64,000 nt of DNA from an uncultured delta proteobacterium. GTDB taxonomy: Bacteria > Desulfobacterota > Binatia > Binatales > Binataceae. The notes under the pieces were generated by a model, which saw nothing but the letters and a program-made list of their open reading frames with translations, searched no databases and had not been told where the DNA came from. The stretch is taken from contig CAWEEQ010000004.1 in NCBI GenBank assembly GCA_963808235.1, positions 2,560,001-2,624,000 of the forward strand, in the 5' to 3' direction. Shown here one piece after another: positions 10,166-19,200 of this stretch. The position numbers and the translations under genes were made by a program. Each line of letters opens with the position of its first letter. Position 1 is the stretch's first letter.

Positions 10166-10726
10166 CTAGAATAAATCAGCGCCGGCAGTTTTGAAAAGCG
10201 GTCGCAGCTGCTTGAAACTGTCTTCCAGACTCTGCGACAGCACGCGCGTCGAGGCAAGCACCGAGATGAAATTTCCGTCGCCGTCCCATCGCGGCACGAT
10301 GTGCCAATGCATGTGATCGGCAAATCCTGCGCCCGCCGCGCGGCCGAGGTTCGTGCCGATATTGAATCCGTCCGGCTTCAGCTCCGGACGCATCAGCTTG
10401 ACCGACGCCGCGATCAAAGTGTCGATCACGGACCGTTCGTTCGCGCTCAGCAACTCCGGCGACGCCAGATGGCGACGCGGCGCGATCATGATGTGTCCAT
10501 TGATGTACGGGTAACGGTTGAGCATCACCGCCGCTTGGCGATTTTCGAACAGCACCAGCCGCTCTACGCGCTCGGATTCATTGAGCCTGCCGAAACAGAA
10601 GATGCAGACCTTGGGCCCGGCAATCGCGCGCTGCAAATATGCGTAGCGCCACGGCGCCCATAGCCGAGCCTCCTCCGGCCTTGCCGCGGACTCGCGCAGC
10701 TTATCGCCCCGCTTCCTCGGCGCCAT
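10166..10726 (-). CDS. HIT-family protein (Ap4A phosphorylase/hydrolase-like)
   Basis: LWAPWR, CIFC, LNRYPY..GH, HMHWHIVPRW. Confidence 0.92.
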   Translation of the reverse strand: MAPRKRGDKLRESAARPEEARLWAPWRYAYLQRAIAGPKVCIFCFGRLNESERVERLVLFENRQAAVMLNRYPYINGHIMIAPRRHLASPELLSANERSVIDTLIAASVKLMRPELKPDGFNIGTNLGRAAGAGFADHMHWHIVPRWDGDGNFISVLASTRVLSQSLEDSFKQLRPLFKTAGADLF

Positions 10727-10997
10727 TAACTTCGATTCGGAGTTCCTTGCCGGCGCGAAAAAACGGGATCTGCTTGGCGTCAACCTTGACCAACTGCCCG
10801 GTTTTGGGATTGCGGCCTTGCCGCGCGCGACGCTGCTTCACCGCGAAACTGCCGAAGCCGCGAATCTCGATCCGCTCGCCGCGCATCAGCGAATTAGCCA
10901 TCGCGTCGAACATCGCATTGACGATGGTCTCGCTCTCACGATGCGTGAATGTGCTCCGCCGCGCCAGCAGTTCTTCGATGATTTCGCGCTTGGTCAC
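10701..10997 (-). CDS. ihfB: Integration host factor beta subunit
   Basis: MTKREI...IEIRGFGSF...GRNPKTG...PFFRAGKELR; follows rpsA. Confidence 0.93.
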   Translation of the reverse strand: MTKREIIEELLARRSTFTHRESETIVNAMFDAMANSLMRGERIEIRGFGSFAVKQRRARQGRNPKTGQLVKVDAKQIPFFRAGKELRIEVNGAEEAGR

Positions 10998-11048
10998 CGA
11001 TCTCTCCGCCGTCCGCGCTTGAGCATTGATCGAAGCGGGTCCGCCCGC

Positions 11049-12791
11049 CTAGCTGTTTTTGCCGCCGCGCACCGCGCGCCGCTCGCCGTCGTCGCGATCG
11101 AGCTTGAGCTCTTCCTTCAGGATATCTTCCATCGAGAATCGCGCCGCCTCGTGCTCGCGCTTCAGGTAGGCCTGCATTTCCTCGCGCTCTTCGTGCTGCT
11201 TGACCGCCTTGATCGACAGCCCGATCCGCCGCTCCTTGGGATCGACCTGCACCACCAGGGCGTCCAGCTCGTCATCAACCTTGTACAGCGACGACGGCTT
11301 GTCGACTCGCTCGTTGCTCAGTTGCGAGATGTGGATCAACCCCTCGATACCTTCTTCGATCTCAACGAACACGCCGAAGTCCGCTACCGAGCTGACCTTG
11401 CCGTGAACTCTGGTGTTCAGCGGATAGCGCTCCGCGACCGTATTCCACGGGTCGGTCGTGAGTTGCTTCACCCCGAGGCTGACCCGCTCGTTCTCGACGT
11501 CGATGCCGAGTACTGTCGCCTCGAGCTCGTCGCCTTTCTTGACCATTTCCGACGGATGCCTGATCTTCTTGGTCCACGACAGATCCGAAATGTGCACCAA
11601 GCCGTCGATCCCCGGCTCGATCTCGACGAATACGCCGAAGTCGGTGATCGATTTGACTTTGCCCTTCACCTGGCTGCCGATCGGATGCTTCAGCCCGAGT
11701 TCCTCCCATGGGTTCGCTTCGGTCTGCTTCAGCCCGAGTGAAATTCTGCGGTTCGCCTCATCGACGCCGAGCACCTGCACTTCCACGAAGTCGTTGGCGT
11801 TGACCACTTTCGACGGATGAACCGCGCGCTTGCTCCAGCTCATCTCGGAAACGTGGATCAGTCCCTCGACGCCTTTTTCGATTTCCACGAAGGCGCCGTA
11901 ATCGGTGACACTGACGACCTTGCCCTTGATTCGCGTTCCCGGCGGATAAGCTTCCGCCACCTTGGTCCACGGGTCCGGCATGATCTGCTTCATTCCGAGC
12001 GACACGCGTTCGCGCTCGGGATCGTACTTCAACACCACGACTTTGACTTTTTCGCCGACCTTCAGCACTTCCGAGGGATGCTGCAAGCGTCCCCACGCCA
12101 TGTCCGTGATATGCAGCAGGCCGTCGATTCCGCCCAGATCGATGAACGCGCCGTAGTCGGTAATATTCTTGACCGTGCCTTCGAGGATCACGCCCTCTTC
12201 GAGCACCTTGAGCGTCTGTTCTTTCAACGATGCGCGCTCGCGCTCGAGCACGCTGCGCCGCGAGACCACCACGTTGCCGCGCGCGCGGTTGAATTTCAGA
12301 ATCTGAAATCGCCCGCGCTGCCCCACATATCGATCGAGATTGCGCGCCGGACGAATATCTACATGCGACCCCGGCAGGAACGCCGGAACCCCGATGTCGA
12401 CTTTGAGTCCGCCTTTGACTTTGCCGAGCACAACGCCTTCGACCGGCGTCTCAGCCTGGAACGCTTTGTCGAGTTCGCGCCAGACTTTGAATTTCTCGGC
12501 CTTCGCGTGCGAGAGCATCACCGTACCGTTTTCGGTCTCGGTGCCTTCAAAGTACACGTCAACCTCTTCGCCTTCCTTGACCGTGGGATGGCCCTCGTGG
12601 TCAAGAAATTCTTCGAGGGGAACCTGCCCTTCGCACTTGTAGTTGATATCGATGATGACGCTGTCGCGCGTGATCAGAAGAACTCTTCCGACCAGCACAT
12701 CGCCAGGCCGGGGAGCCTTCAGGCTCTCTTCCATCAGCGACTCAAAATCATTTTCTCCTCCGCTCATCTGTTCAGGCAACGCTTTCTCCAT
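11049..12791 (-). CDS. rpsA: 30S ribosomal protein S1
   Basis: Six S1 repeats (TDYGAF, DGLLHITD, EGLIHVSE, RISLGLKQ). Confidence 0.98.
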   Translation of the reverse strand: MEKALPEQMSGGENDFESLMEESLKAPRPGDVLVGRVLLITRDSVIIDINYKCEGQVPLEEFLDHEGHPTVKEGEEVDVYFEGTETENGTVMLSHAKAEKFKVWRELDKAFQAETPVEGVVLGKVKGGLKVDIGVPAFLPGSHVDIRPARNLDRYVGQRGRFQILKFNRARGNVVVSRRSVLERERASLKEQTLKVLEEGVILEGTVKNITDYGAFIDLGGIDGLLHITDMAWGRLQHPSEVLKVGEKVKVVVLKYDPERERVSLGMKQIMPDPWTKVAEAYPPGTRIKGKVVSVTDYGAFVEIEKGVEGLIHVSEMSWSKRAVHPSKVVNANDFVEVQVLGVDEANRRISLGLKQTEANPWEELGLKHPIGSQVKGKVKSITDFGVFVEIEPGIDGLVHISDLSWTKKIRHPSEMVKKGDELEATVLGIDVENERVSLGVKQLTTDPWNTVAERYPLNTRVHGKVSSVADFGVFVEIEEGIEGLIHISQLSNERVDKPSSLYKVDDELDALVVQVDPKERRIGLSIKAVKQHEEREEMQAYLKREHEAARFSMEDILKEELKLDRDDGERRAVRGGKNS

Positions 12792-12840
12792 TTAATGGGA
12801 CCTTCGGGACTTCGATGCTGCTGCAATCCTTACAACCGGA

Positions 12841-13539
12841 CTAGGCTCGTTTCAAGTCCTTGCCGGCGTTGATTCGAGCGTTAATCTTCGCTTTCATCGC
12901 CGCGAGCACCGCTTTGATTGAAAGTTTGGTTGAATCGATCGCGATCGCGTCGTCGGCACGTTTAAGTGGCGCGAGCTCGCGGCCGCTGTCGCGGCGGTCG
13001 CGCTCGATCAACTGATCGAGCACTTCCCGCTCCGTAATCGACGCACCTTTTTTCTTGAGCTCCTCGTAACGGCGCGCCGCGCGAACTTTTACGTCGGCCT
13101 CGAGAAAAAATTTGAACTCGGCATCGGGAAATATCGCGGTGCCGATATCGCGTCCTTCCATCACCACGCCACCGCCCGCGCCGGCCGCGCGCTGCAACTC
13201 GCGCATCCGCTCGCGCACCGTGCGTAGCGCCGAGAAGCGCGAGGCCAAGTCGCCGATTTCGGGCTCGACGATCGTCGCGCTGATATCGCGGCCGTTCAAA
13301 TAGATCTTCTCGCCGTCAAATTTAATCTTGATCGCCGCGAGCACCGGCTCGAGCCGCTTCTCCACATTCGCATCGTCGGGACTGACACCCGCTTCTCGCG
13401 CCGCAACCGCAACCGCGCGATACATCGCACCTGTGTTCAGGTAGGAGTACCCAAGCGCCCGCGCGAGCTCGCGCGCGGCGACCGACTTTCCCGCACCGAC
13501 CGGCCCGTCAATCGCGATTATTGGCCGCGCGCGTTTCAT
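12841..13539 (-). CDS. cmk: Cytidylate kinase
   Basis: IAIDGPVGAGKS, TGAMYRA, EGRDIGT, RDRRDS.R..APL. Confidence 0.96.
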   Translation of the reverse strand: MKRARPIIAIDGPVGAGKSVAARELARALGYSYLNTGAMYRAVAVAAREAGVSPDDANVEKRLEPVLAAIKIKFDGEKIYLNGRDISATIVEPEIGDLASRFSALRTVRERMRELQRAAGAGGGVVMEGRDIGTAIFPDAEFKFFLEADVKVRAARRYEELKKKGASITEREVLDQLIERDRRDSGRELAPLKRADDAIAIDSTKLSIKAVLAAMKAKINARINAGKDLKRA

Positions 13540-14395
13540 CTGATTCGCCCGCGCATGCTCTTTCCGCGCTCGAAAATTTTCTCGACTCCCGCGATATCGC
13601 CGCTTCCAGAATGCGCTGAAACTCCGCGAACGTCGCCCCGTAGAGTTTCAGCGCCGCCGCGATCGCTTCGCGATTGGTCATAAAGATGTCGCGCCACATC
13701 TCCCACGACGACGATGCCAGCCGGGTCGTGTCGCGCAGTCCACTCGCGCCGTATTCCGCGGCGAGCTTGTCTCCGACCTTCTCGCCGTCGAGCGCCGCGC
13801 CAAGCACGCTCGATACTATCTGCGGCAGATGACTCGCGCGCGCGAGTAACTCATCGTGCGTCGCAGGATCCATCATCTCGACGCACGCGCCAGTCTCGCT
13901 CCAGAGCTGTTCGATCCTGTTGATCGCGTCAGGCGTGCTCTTCGCCGAGGGCGTGAGTATCACCCGCCGGTCGCGAAACAGCGCCGGGTCAGCAGCGCCC
14001 GCGCCGACGGTTTCCTTTCCGGCCACCGGATGAGCCGCAACCAGCGATCGCTTGCCCGTGATCAACGGCTCCAGCTCGCGGACCACATATCCCTTTACGC
14101 TTCCGACGTCGGTCACCACCGCATCAGGCGCCGCATGCTCGATCATTTTCTGAAGCGTCGCGCGCATCGTCAGGATAGGCACCGCAAGAACAATCAGGTC
14201 CGCGCCTCGCGCGGCTTCGACCGGATCGCGCGTCGCGACGTCAAGCATCCCGCGTGCGACCGCCACGTCGAGGTTAGCCTGGGTGCGTCCGAGCCCGACG
14301 ACTCTGCCAACCACACCCGCACGCCGGGCAATCAGCGCAAGCGAGCCTCCGATAAGGCCCACCCCGCAAACGGTCATTTGTTTAAAGAGTTGCAT
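13508..14395 (-). CDS. tyrA: Prephenate/arogenate dehydrogenase (C-terminus probably frameshifted)
   Basis: GVGLIGGS, TDVGSVK, HPVAGKE, HD...SHLP, GLRDTTRLA. Confidence 0.93.
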   Translation of the reverse strand: MQLFKQMTVCGVGLIGGSLALIARRAGVVGRVVGLGRTQANLDVAVARGMLDVATRDPVEAARGADLIVLAVPILTMRATLQKMIEHAAPDAVVTDVGSVKGYVVRELEPLITGKRSLVAAHPVAGKETVGAGAADPALFRDRRVILTPSAKSTPDAINRIEQLWSETGACVEMMDPATHDELLARASHLPQIVSSVLGAALDGEKVGDKLAAEYGASGLRDTTRLASSSWEMWRDIFMTNREAIAAALKLYGATFAEFQRILEAAISRESRKFSSAERACAGESDETRAANNRD

Positions 14396-15496
14396 CTACC
14401 CGCGAATCACCTCGCCCAGCGCCGCGACGAGCCGTCGATTCTCCTCCGGCAGTCCCACGCTGATTCGCACGTGATGCGGATACCCATAACCATTCATCGC
14501 GCGCACGATCACGCCCTTTCGCAGCAGCTGGTCGTAAACCGCGCGCCCTTCGCCCACATCGACCAGGAAAAAATTTGCGTGACTCGGCACGAACGCCAGT
14601 TTCAGGCGCGCGAACTCACGCTCGAGATAGTCCATCCCCTCCGCATTGACCTGCAGCGTGCGCGCGATATGCGCCTTGTCGTCCATCCCTGCAATCGCAG
14701 CGACCTGCGCGAGCGAGGTCACGTTGAACGGCTGCCGCACGTTGTGGAGCATCTGGATTATGTCCGGCCGCGCGACCGCGTAACCGACCCGCATTCCCGC
14801 AAGGCCGAAGATTTTCGAAAACGTCCGAAGCGTGATTATCAGCCGCCGATCGTCGTGGTCGTCGAGCGAGTCGGGATATTCCGGATCCCGCACGAACTCG
14901 AAGTAGGCCTCATCGGCGACGATCACTACATGCTCAGGCACCCGCGCGAGGAATCGCTTCCATTCAGAACGCCGGTAAATCGTACCGGTCGGATTATTCG
15001 GATTGCCGAGGAATACGAGCCGTGTGTTCGCATCGATCAGCGCCGCAATCGCGTCGAGATCGTGCGCATAACCGTCGAGAGTTTTGGCGACTCGATGCTC
15101 CCCGCCGGCCGCCGCCGTCGCCAGCGGATAAATCGCGAACGAATGCTCCGCGTAGACCGCATTCAGCCCGGGACGGAGAAACAGGAAGGTGAGCAGGTTG
15201 AGCACTTCTACCGATCCCGACGCCGCGAACACCCGCTCCGGTCCGACCTTGTGGAAGTCAGCGATTTTTTTTCGCAGCTCGTAGCTCGCGCCGTCCGGAT
15301 AGCGGTTCAGCTCCGGCAGCGCCGCCTTGATCGCCTCGATCGCGCGCGGCGAGGGCCCGAGTGGATTCTCGTTCGAGGCGAGCTTCACCGGCTCGACGAT
15401 TCCGAGTTCGCGTTGCAACTCCTCGATTGGCTTGCCCGGCTCGTACGGAGCAAGCGCCGCAACCGACGGGAGTACGAGATCTTGTGCTTTGATCAA
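14396..15496 (-). CDS. hisC: Histidinol-phosphate aminotransferase
   Basis: YEPGKP, KLASNENPLG, NPNNPTG, DEAY, RTFSKIFGLAGMRVGY. Confidence 0.96.
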   Translation of the reverse strand: MIKAQDLVLPSVAALAPYEPGKPIEELQRELGIVEPVKLASNENPLGPSPRAIEAIKAALPELNRYPDGASYELRKKIADFHKVGPERVFAASGSVEVLNLLTFLFLRPGLNAVYAEHSFAIYPLATAAAGGEHRVAKTLDGYAHDLDAIAALIDANTRLVFLGNPNNPTGTIYRRSEWKRFLARVPEHVVIVADEAYFEFVRDPEYPDSLDDHDDRRLIITLRTFSKIFGLAGMRVGYAVARPDIIQMLHNVRQPFNVTSLAQVAAIAGMDDKAHIARTLQVNAEGMDYLEREFARLKLAFVPSHANFFLVDVGEGRAVYDQLLRKGVIVRAMNGYGYPHHVRISVGLPEENRRLVAALGEVIRG

Positions 15497-15514
15497 GAGA
15501 AGTGAAATGACCTG

Positions 15515-16636
15515 TCAGGCAGCGGGCGACCTACCTTCAGGATACGATCCTAAGACCTTCAAGAATAGGGCCTTGCCTTCGAGCGCTTTGAGCGCCTTCG
15601 CCAGTTTCGGGTCCTCGCGATGCCCCATCAAGTCCACGAAGAACAAATATTCCCACGGCCGCGAGCGCAGCGGGCGCGATTCGATCTTCGAAATGTTGAT
15701 CGCATTGCGCGCAAACAAGCTGAGCGCCTGGTTAAGCGCGCCGACTCTGTCCGCCACCGCGAACAGCGCAGTCGTCTTGTCCCGTCCTGAGCGCTCGACC
15801 GGCCGCGTGGCCATCACTAGAAACCGGGTCGTGTTGGTCGCGAGATCCTGCACGTTGGCCGCAATCGTCTTGAGTCCGTACGCATTGCCCGCCGCCGCAG
15901 ACGCTATCGCCGCGAGCGACGGATCGTCGTGCGCGAGCTGCGCCGCCAAAGCGTTCGACGCGACCGCTTCGGTCTCGCAATGCGGAAAATTCGCGGTCAA
16001 GTACCCGCGGCATTGCGCGAGCGATTGTTGATGCGACACGATTTTCTTCACCAGCGCCGGGTCGCCGTCGCGGGAAAGAATCGAATGACGCACCGGCGCC
16101 AGGATCTCGCCGATTATCACCAGCTTCGTGTCGATCAGCAGATCGAGCGTCAGCCCGACCGATCCTTCGGTGGAATTTTCGACCGGCACCACGCCGAAGT
16201 CGGCGCGTCCGTTTTCAATTTCATTGAAGACCGCGGCGAACGACGGCTGCGGCGCGAAGTCGACGCTCGATCCGAACCGCATCTTCGCCGCCTCGTGCGA
16301 ATAAGTATGCTCGGGGCCAAGGAACGCGACCCGAGGCTCATGCTCGAGCGCGCGGCACGCCGAAATTATTTCGATATAGATTCGCTTGACCTGGTCGTCG
16401 GTAAGCGGCCCCTGGTTCTCCGCGATCATCTTCTCGATAATCGCGCGCTCGCGCACCGGCTGATAAACCTCACCGCCGTTACTATGCTTCAAGCGTCCGA
16501 TCTCGGTCGCAATGCTGGCGCGCATCGATACCAGGCGCAGAATTTTGAGATTTATCTCATCCATCCGCGCGCGCAACGTCTCAATCGACGGCGGCTCTGG
16601 CACCGCAGCAGACTTCTTGGCAACTCGTGATGACAT
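15515..16636 (-). CDS. pheA: Chorismate mutase/prephenate dehydratase (P-protein)
   Basis: N-terminal CM domain, VAFLGP, VVPVENSTEG, NTTRFLV, ACT domain IESRP. Confidence 0.95.
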   Translation of the reverse strand: MSSRVAKKSAAVPEPPSIETLRARMDEINLKILRLVSMRASIATEIGRLKHSNGGEVYQPVRERAIIEKMIAENQGPLTDDQVKRIYIEIISACRALEHEPRVAFLGPEHTYSHEAAKMRFGSSVDFAPQPSFAAVFNEIENGRADFGVVPVENSTEGSVGLTLDLLIDTKLVIIGEILAPVRHSILSRDGDPALVKKIVSHQQSLAQCRGYLTANFPHCETEAVASNALAAQLAHDDPSLAAIASAAAGNAYGLKTIAANVQDLATNTTRFLVMATRPVERSGRDKTTALFAVADRVGALNQALSLFARNAINISKIESRPLRSRPWEYLFFVDLMGHREDPKLAKALKALEGKALFLKVLGSYPEGRSPAA

Positions 16637-16726
16637 CGAACAAGAATGGCTAACCGATCGAACGCCCCTTTTCAACGCACCCGATTGTACTCGTTCCCGC
16701 GCGTCCGCGATCACCGAGGAAAGGAG

Positions 16727-17161
16727 TCAGGGGTTAGGTTGCCACGGATCGTACGTGCCAAAGCTCCAGATGTGGCCCTCCAAATCACGGCAGGTATAGC
16801 CTCTGCCGCCATAGTCCTCGTCCTGGACATCTCTTAGCATCACGGCGCCATGGGCTTTGGCCCGCGCGTAGTGTGCGTCGCAGTCGGGAACAATCACATA
16901 AGCACTCTGCGTCTCTGCCCCTCCGATTTCATCCGGATGCTTCATCAAACGGCCGAAGTCGCCGCCCCCGACCGACGACAACATGATCATCCCATTGTCG
17001 AACGTAAGCTGCGCGTGAACGATCTTGCCCTCCTCACCTGGCACGACGAGATGCTTCTCGAAGCCGAATGCTTTACACAGCCATTCGATCGCTGCCGGTG
17101 CGTTTCGATACCGCATTCCCGGAATGATTCGCGCGCGCTTGCTCTGCGGGTCCATGTGCAC
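16727..17161 (-). CDS. VOC/glyoxalase family protein
   Basis: AAIEWLCKAFGF, HAQL, DEDYGGRGYTCRDLEGHIWSFGTY. Confidence 0.9.
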   Translation of the reverse strand: MHMDPQSKRARIIPGMRYRNAPAAIEWLCKAFGFEKHLVVPGEEGKIVHAQLTFDNGMIMLSSVGGGDFGRLMKHPDEIGGAETQSAYVIVPDCDAHYARAKAHGAVMLRDVQDEDYGGRGYTCRDLEGHIWSFGTYDPWQPNP

Positions 17162-17257
17162 GACCTCCTGTAGAGATTAACCTCTAATTAGAGAAACCGT
17201 CGCGCCGCGAAAAGGTCACGGTCACGCAGATCTTTGTGTCCCCTGAGCGCAGGATCG

Positions 17258-18184
17258 CTAGCCAGTCGGCTCGTCGCCTTCGGCTTTGAGGCGCGTGATA
17301 AACGCCGAGCCCATCGCGGCAAACTTACGCTCTCGCGCGCGGCGCAACTCGACCGGGTTCAGCTTCACCAATGACTCCAGATGCCGCGCCAGTGCTGCGC
17401 CGAGCAGATGCGCTGCTTCCGCCGGCGCCGTATGCGCTCCGCCAGTCGGTTCGGGCACGATTTCGTCGATTAGTCCGAGTTCCAGCAAATCGGGCGCCGA
17501 GAGCTTCATCGCAGTGGCCGCCGCTGCAACGTTTTCCTCGCCGCCCGCGCGCCACAAAATCGCCGCGCATCCTTCCGGCGTGATTACCGAGTAACACGCG
17601 TTCTCCTGCATCAGCACCACGTTCGCAACTCCGAGCGCGATCGCTCCTCCCGAACCGCCCTCGCCGATCGCGCACGCGACGATCGGCACCGTGAGACGCG
17701 CCATCAGTTCCAAGTTGCGCGCGATCGCCTCGATTTGCCCGCGCTCCTCCGCGCCGACTCCCGACTCCGCTCCCTGCGTGTCTATAAAGGTGACGATCGG
17801 CAGCGCGAACCGTTCCGCCAGTTCATAGACGCGCGCCGCCTTCCGGTAGCCCTCGGGATGCGGCTTGCCGAAATTGCGTTTGATCCGTTCCGTCGTCGAG
17901 CGCCCGCGCTGATGACCAACCACCGCGACCGCGCGCCGTCCGAAATAGGCGAGTCCCGCCACGATCGCGCCGTCGTCCGCAAAGCGCCGATCGCCGTGCA
18001 CCTCGAAGAAGTCGCGCATCAGCAAATCGATGTAATCGAGCGTCTGCGGCCGGTTCGGATGCCGTGCCAGGCGCACCCGCTCAATCGCGCTCAGCGACTC
18101 GGGATGCGCCGCGCCTTGCGCTGCGCTATCTTTTGAGCGGCTCCTTGCGCCCCGCCCTCTATGTCCGTTCGAATTAGCTTTCAT
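17258..18184 (-). CDS. accA: Acetyl-CoA carboxylase carboxyltransferase alpha
   Basis: LARHPNRP, HGDR.F.DD, RNFG.P.PEGYRKA, AEERGQ, IGEGGSGGA, YSVITPEGCA. Confidence 0.95.
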   Translation of the reverse strand: MKANSNGHRGRGARSRSKDSAAQGAAHPESLSAIERVRLARHPNRPQTLDYIDLLMRDFFEVHGDRRFADDGAIVAGLAYFGRRAVAVVGHQRGRSTTERIKRNFGKPHPEGYRKAARVYELAERFALPIVTFIDTQGAESGVGAEERGQIEAIARNLELMARLTVPIVACAIGEGGSGGAIALGVANVVLMQENACYSVITPEGCAAILWRAGGEENVAAAATAMKLSAPDLLELGLIDEIVPEPTGGAHTAPAEAAHLLGAALARHLESLVKLNPVELRRARERKFAAMGSAFITRLKAEGDEPTG

Positions 18185-18196
18185 TGACGCTTCCGC

Positions 18197-19192
18197 TCAT
18201 GCACCACCCGCGAAAAATTTCTCGAACAATGCAAGAGCATCCTGAGCGGCGCGCTCGGGGTCAAGCCAGACTATCTCCGGCTCGCGCCGAAACCAGGTCA
18301 GTTGCCGCTTGGCAAGGCGACGCGAGTCGCGCTTCGCAACTGAGATCGCATCGGCGAGCGTCATCTCGCCTCGCAAATACGCGGCGATCTGCTTGTACCC
18401 AATCGTGCTGAGCGGCGGTTTCTCAGGCGAATATCCGGCGCTCATCAGCGCGCGAACTTCCTCTGCGAACCCGGCCGCGATCATCGCGTCGAAGCGCCCG
18501 TCGATCGTCGCGTAGAGTTTCTTCCGATCGATCGCGATTCCCACCGTCAACGCGTCGTATCCGCCCTGATCGGTAAATCGATGCCGCCCCTGATGCACCG
18601 AGATCGGCTCGCCGGTCAGCTCGAAGACCTCCAGCGCGCGAATGATTCGGTACCGATCGTTGACGCCAATTCGGTTCGATCCCTCAGGATCCACTTCGCG
18701 CAGGCGCTCGTGCAGATATTCGACGCCCCACTCGTCCGCAAGCGCCGCCAATCGCCTTCGAACTTCGATTGACCCGCGCGGCCCCTGAAAGATCCCGCCG
18801 CGAAGCACGCGCAGGTAAAGCCCGCTCCCGCCGACCACCATCGGGATTCGCCCGCGCGCGACTACACTCGAGATCGCGTCGCGCGCCAACTTCACGAACT
18901 CAGCCACGTCGAGCGGATCATCGGGATCGCGCACATCTATAAGATGATGCGGCGCGCGGCGTCGATCCTCGATCGAGGGTTTCGCCGTACCGATATCCAT
19001 CCCGCGATAGAACTGCCGCGAATCGGCATTCACGATCTCAATCGCGCCCGCAAATCCATCCGCGATTTCCATCGCGAGCTGCGACTTGCCCGTACCGGTC
19101 GGTCCAACTATGAAGCCGATCCGAATTCTCTGCGCCGGCTCAGTCCCCTGCGGCGGACTCCCGGTGGCCTGCTCTGCGTCGACCATCTTCAT
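18197..19192 (-). CDS. miaA: tRNA dimethylallyltransferase
   Basis: GPTGTGKS, DSRQFYRGMDIGTAKP, VGGSGLY, AKRQLTWFR; follows mutL. Confidence 0.96.
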   Translation of the reverse strand: MKMVDAEQATGSPPQGTEPAQRIRIGFIVGPTGTGKSQLAMEIADGFAGAIEIVNADSRQFYRGMDIGTAKPSIEDRRRAPHHLIDVRDPDDPLDVAEFVKLARDAISSVVARGRIPMVVGGSGLYLRVLRGGIFQGPRGSIEVRRRLAALADEWGVEYLHERLREVDPEGSNRIGVNDRYRIIRALEVFELTGEPISVHQGRHRFTDQGGYDALTVGIAIDRKKLYATIDGRFDAMIAAGFAEEVRALMSAGYSPEKPPLSTIGYKQIAAYLRGEMTLADAISVAKRDSRRLAKRQLTWFRREPEIVWLDPERAAQDALALFEKFFAGGA

Positions 19193-19200
19193 CTGAAAAT

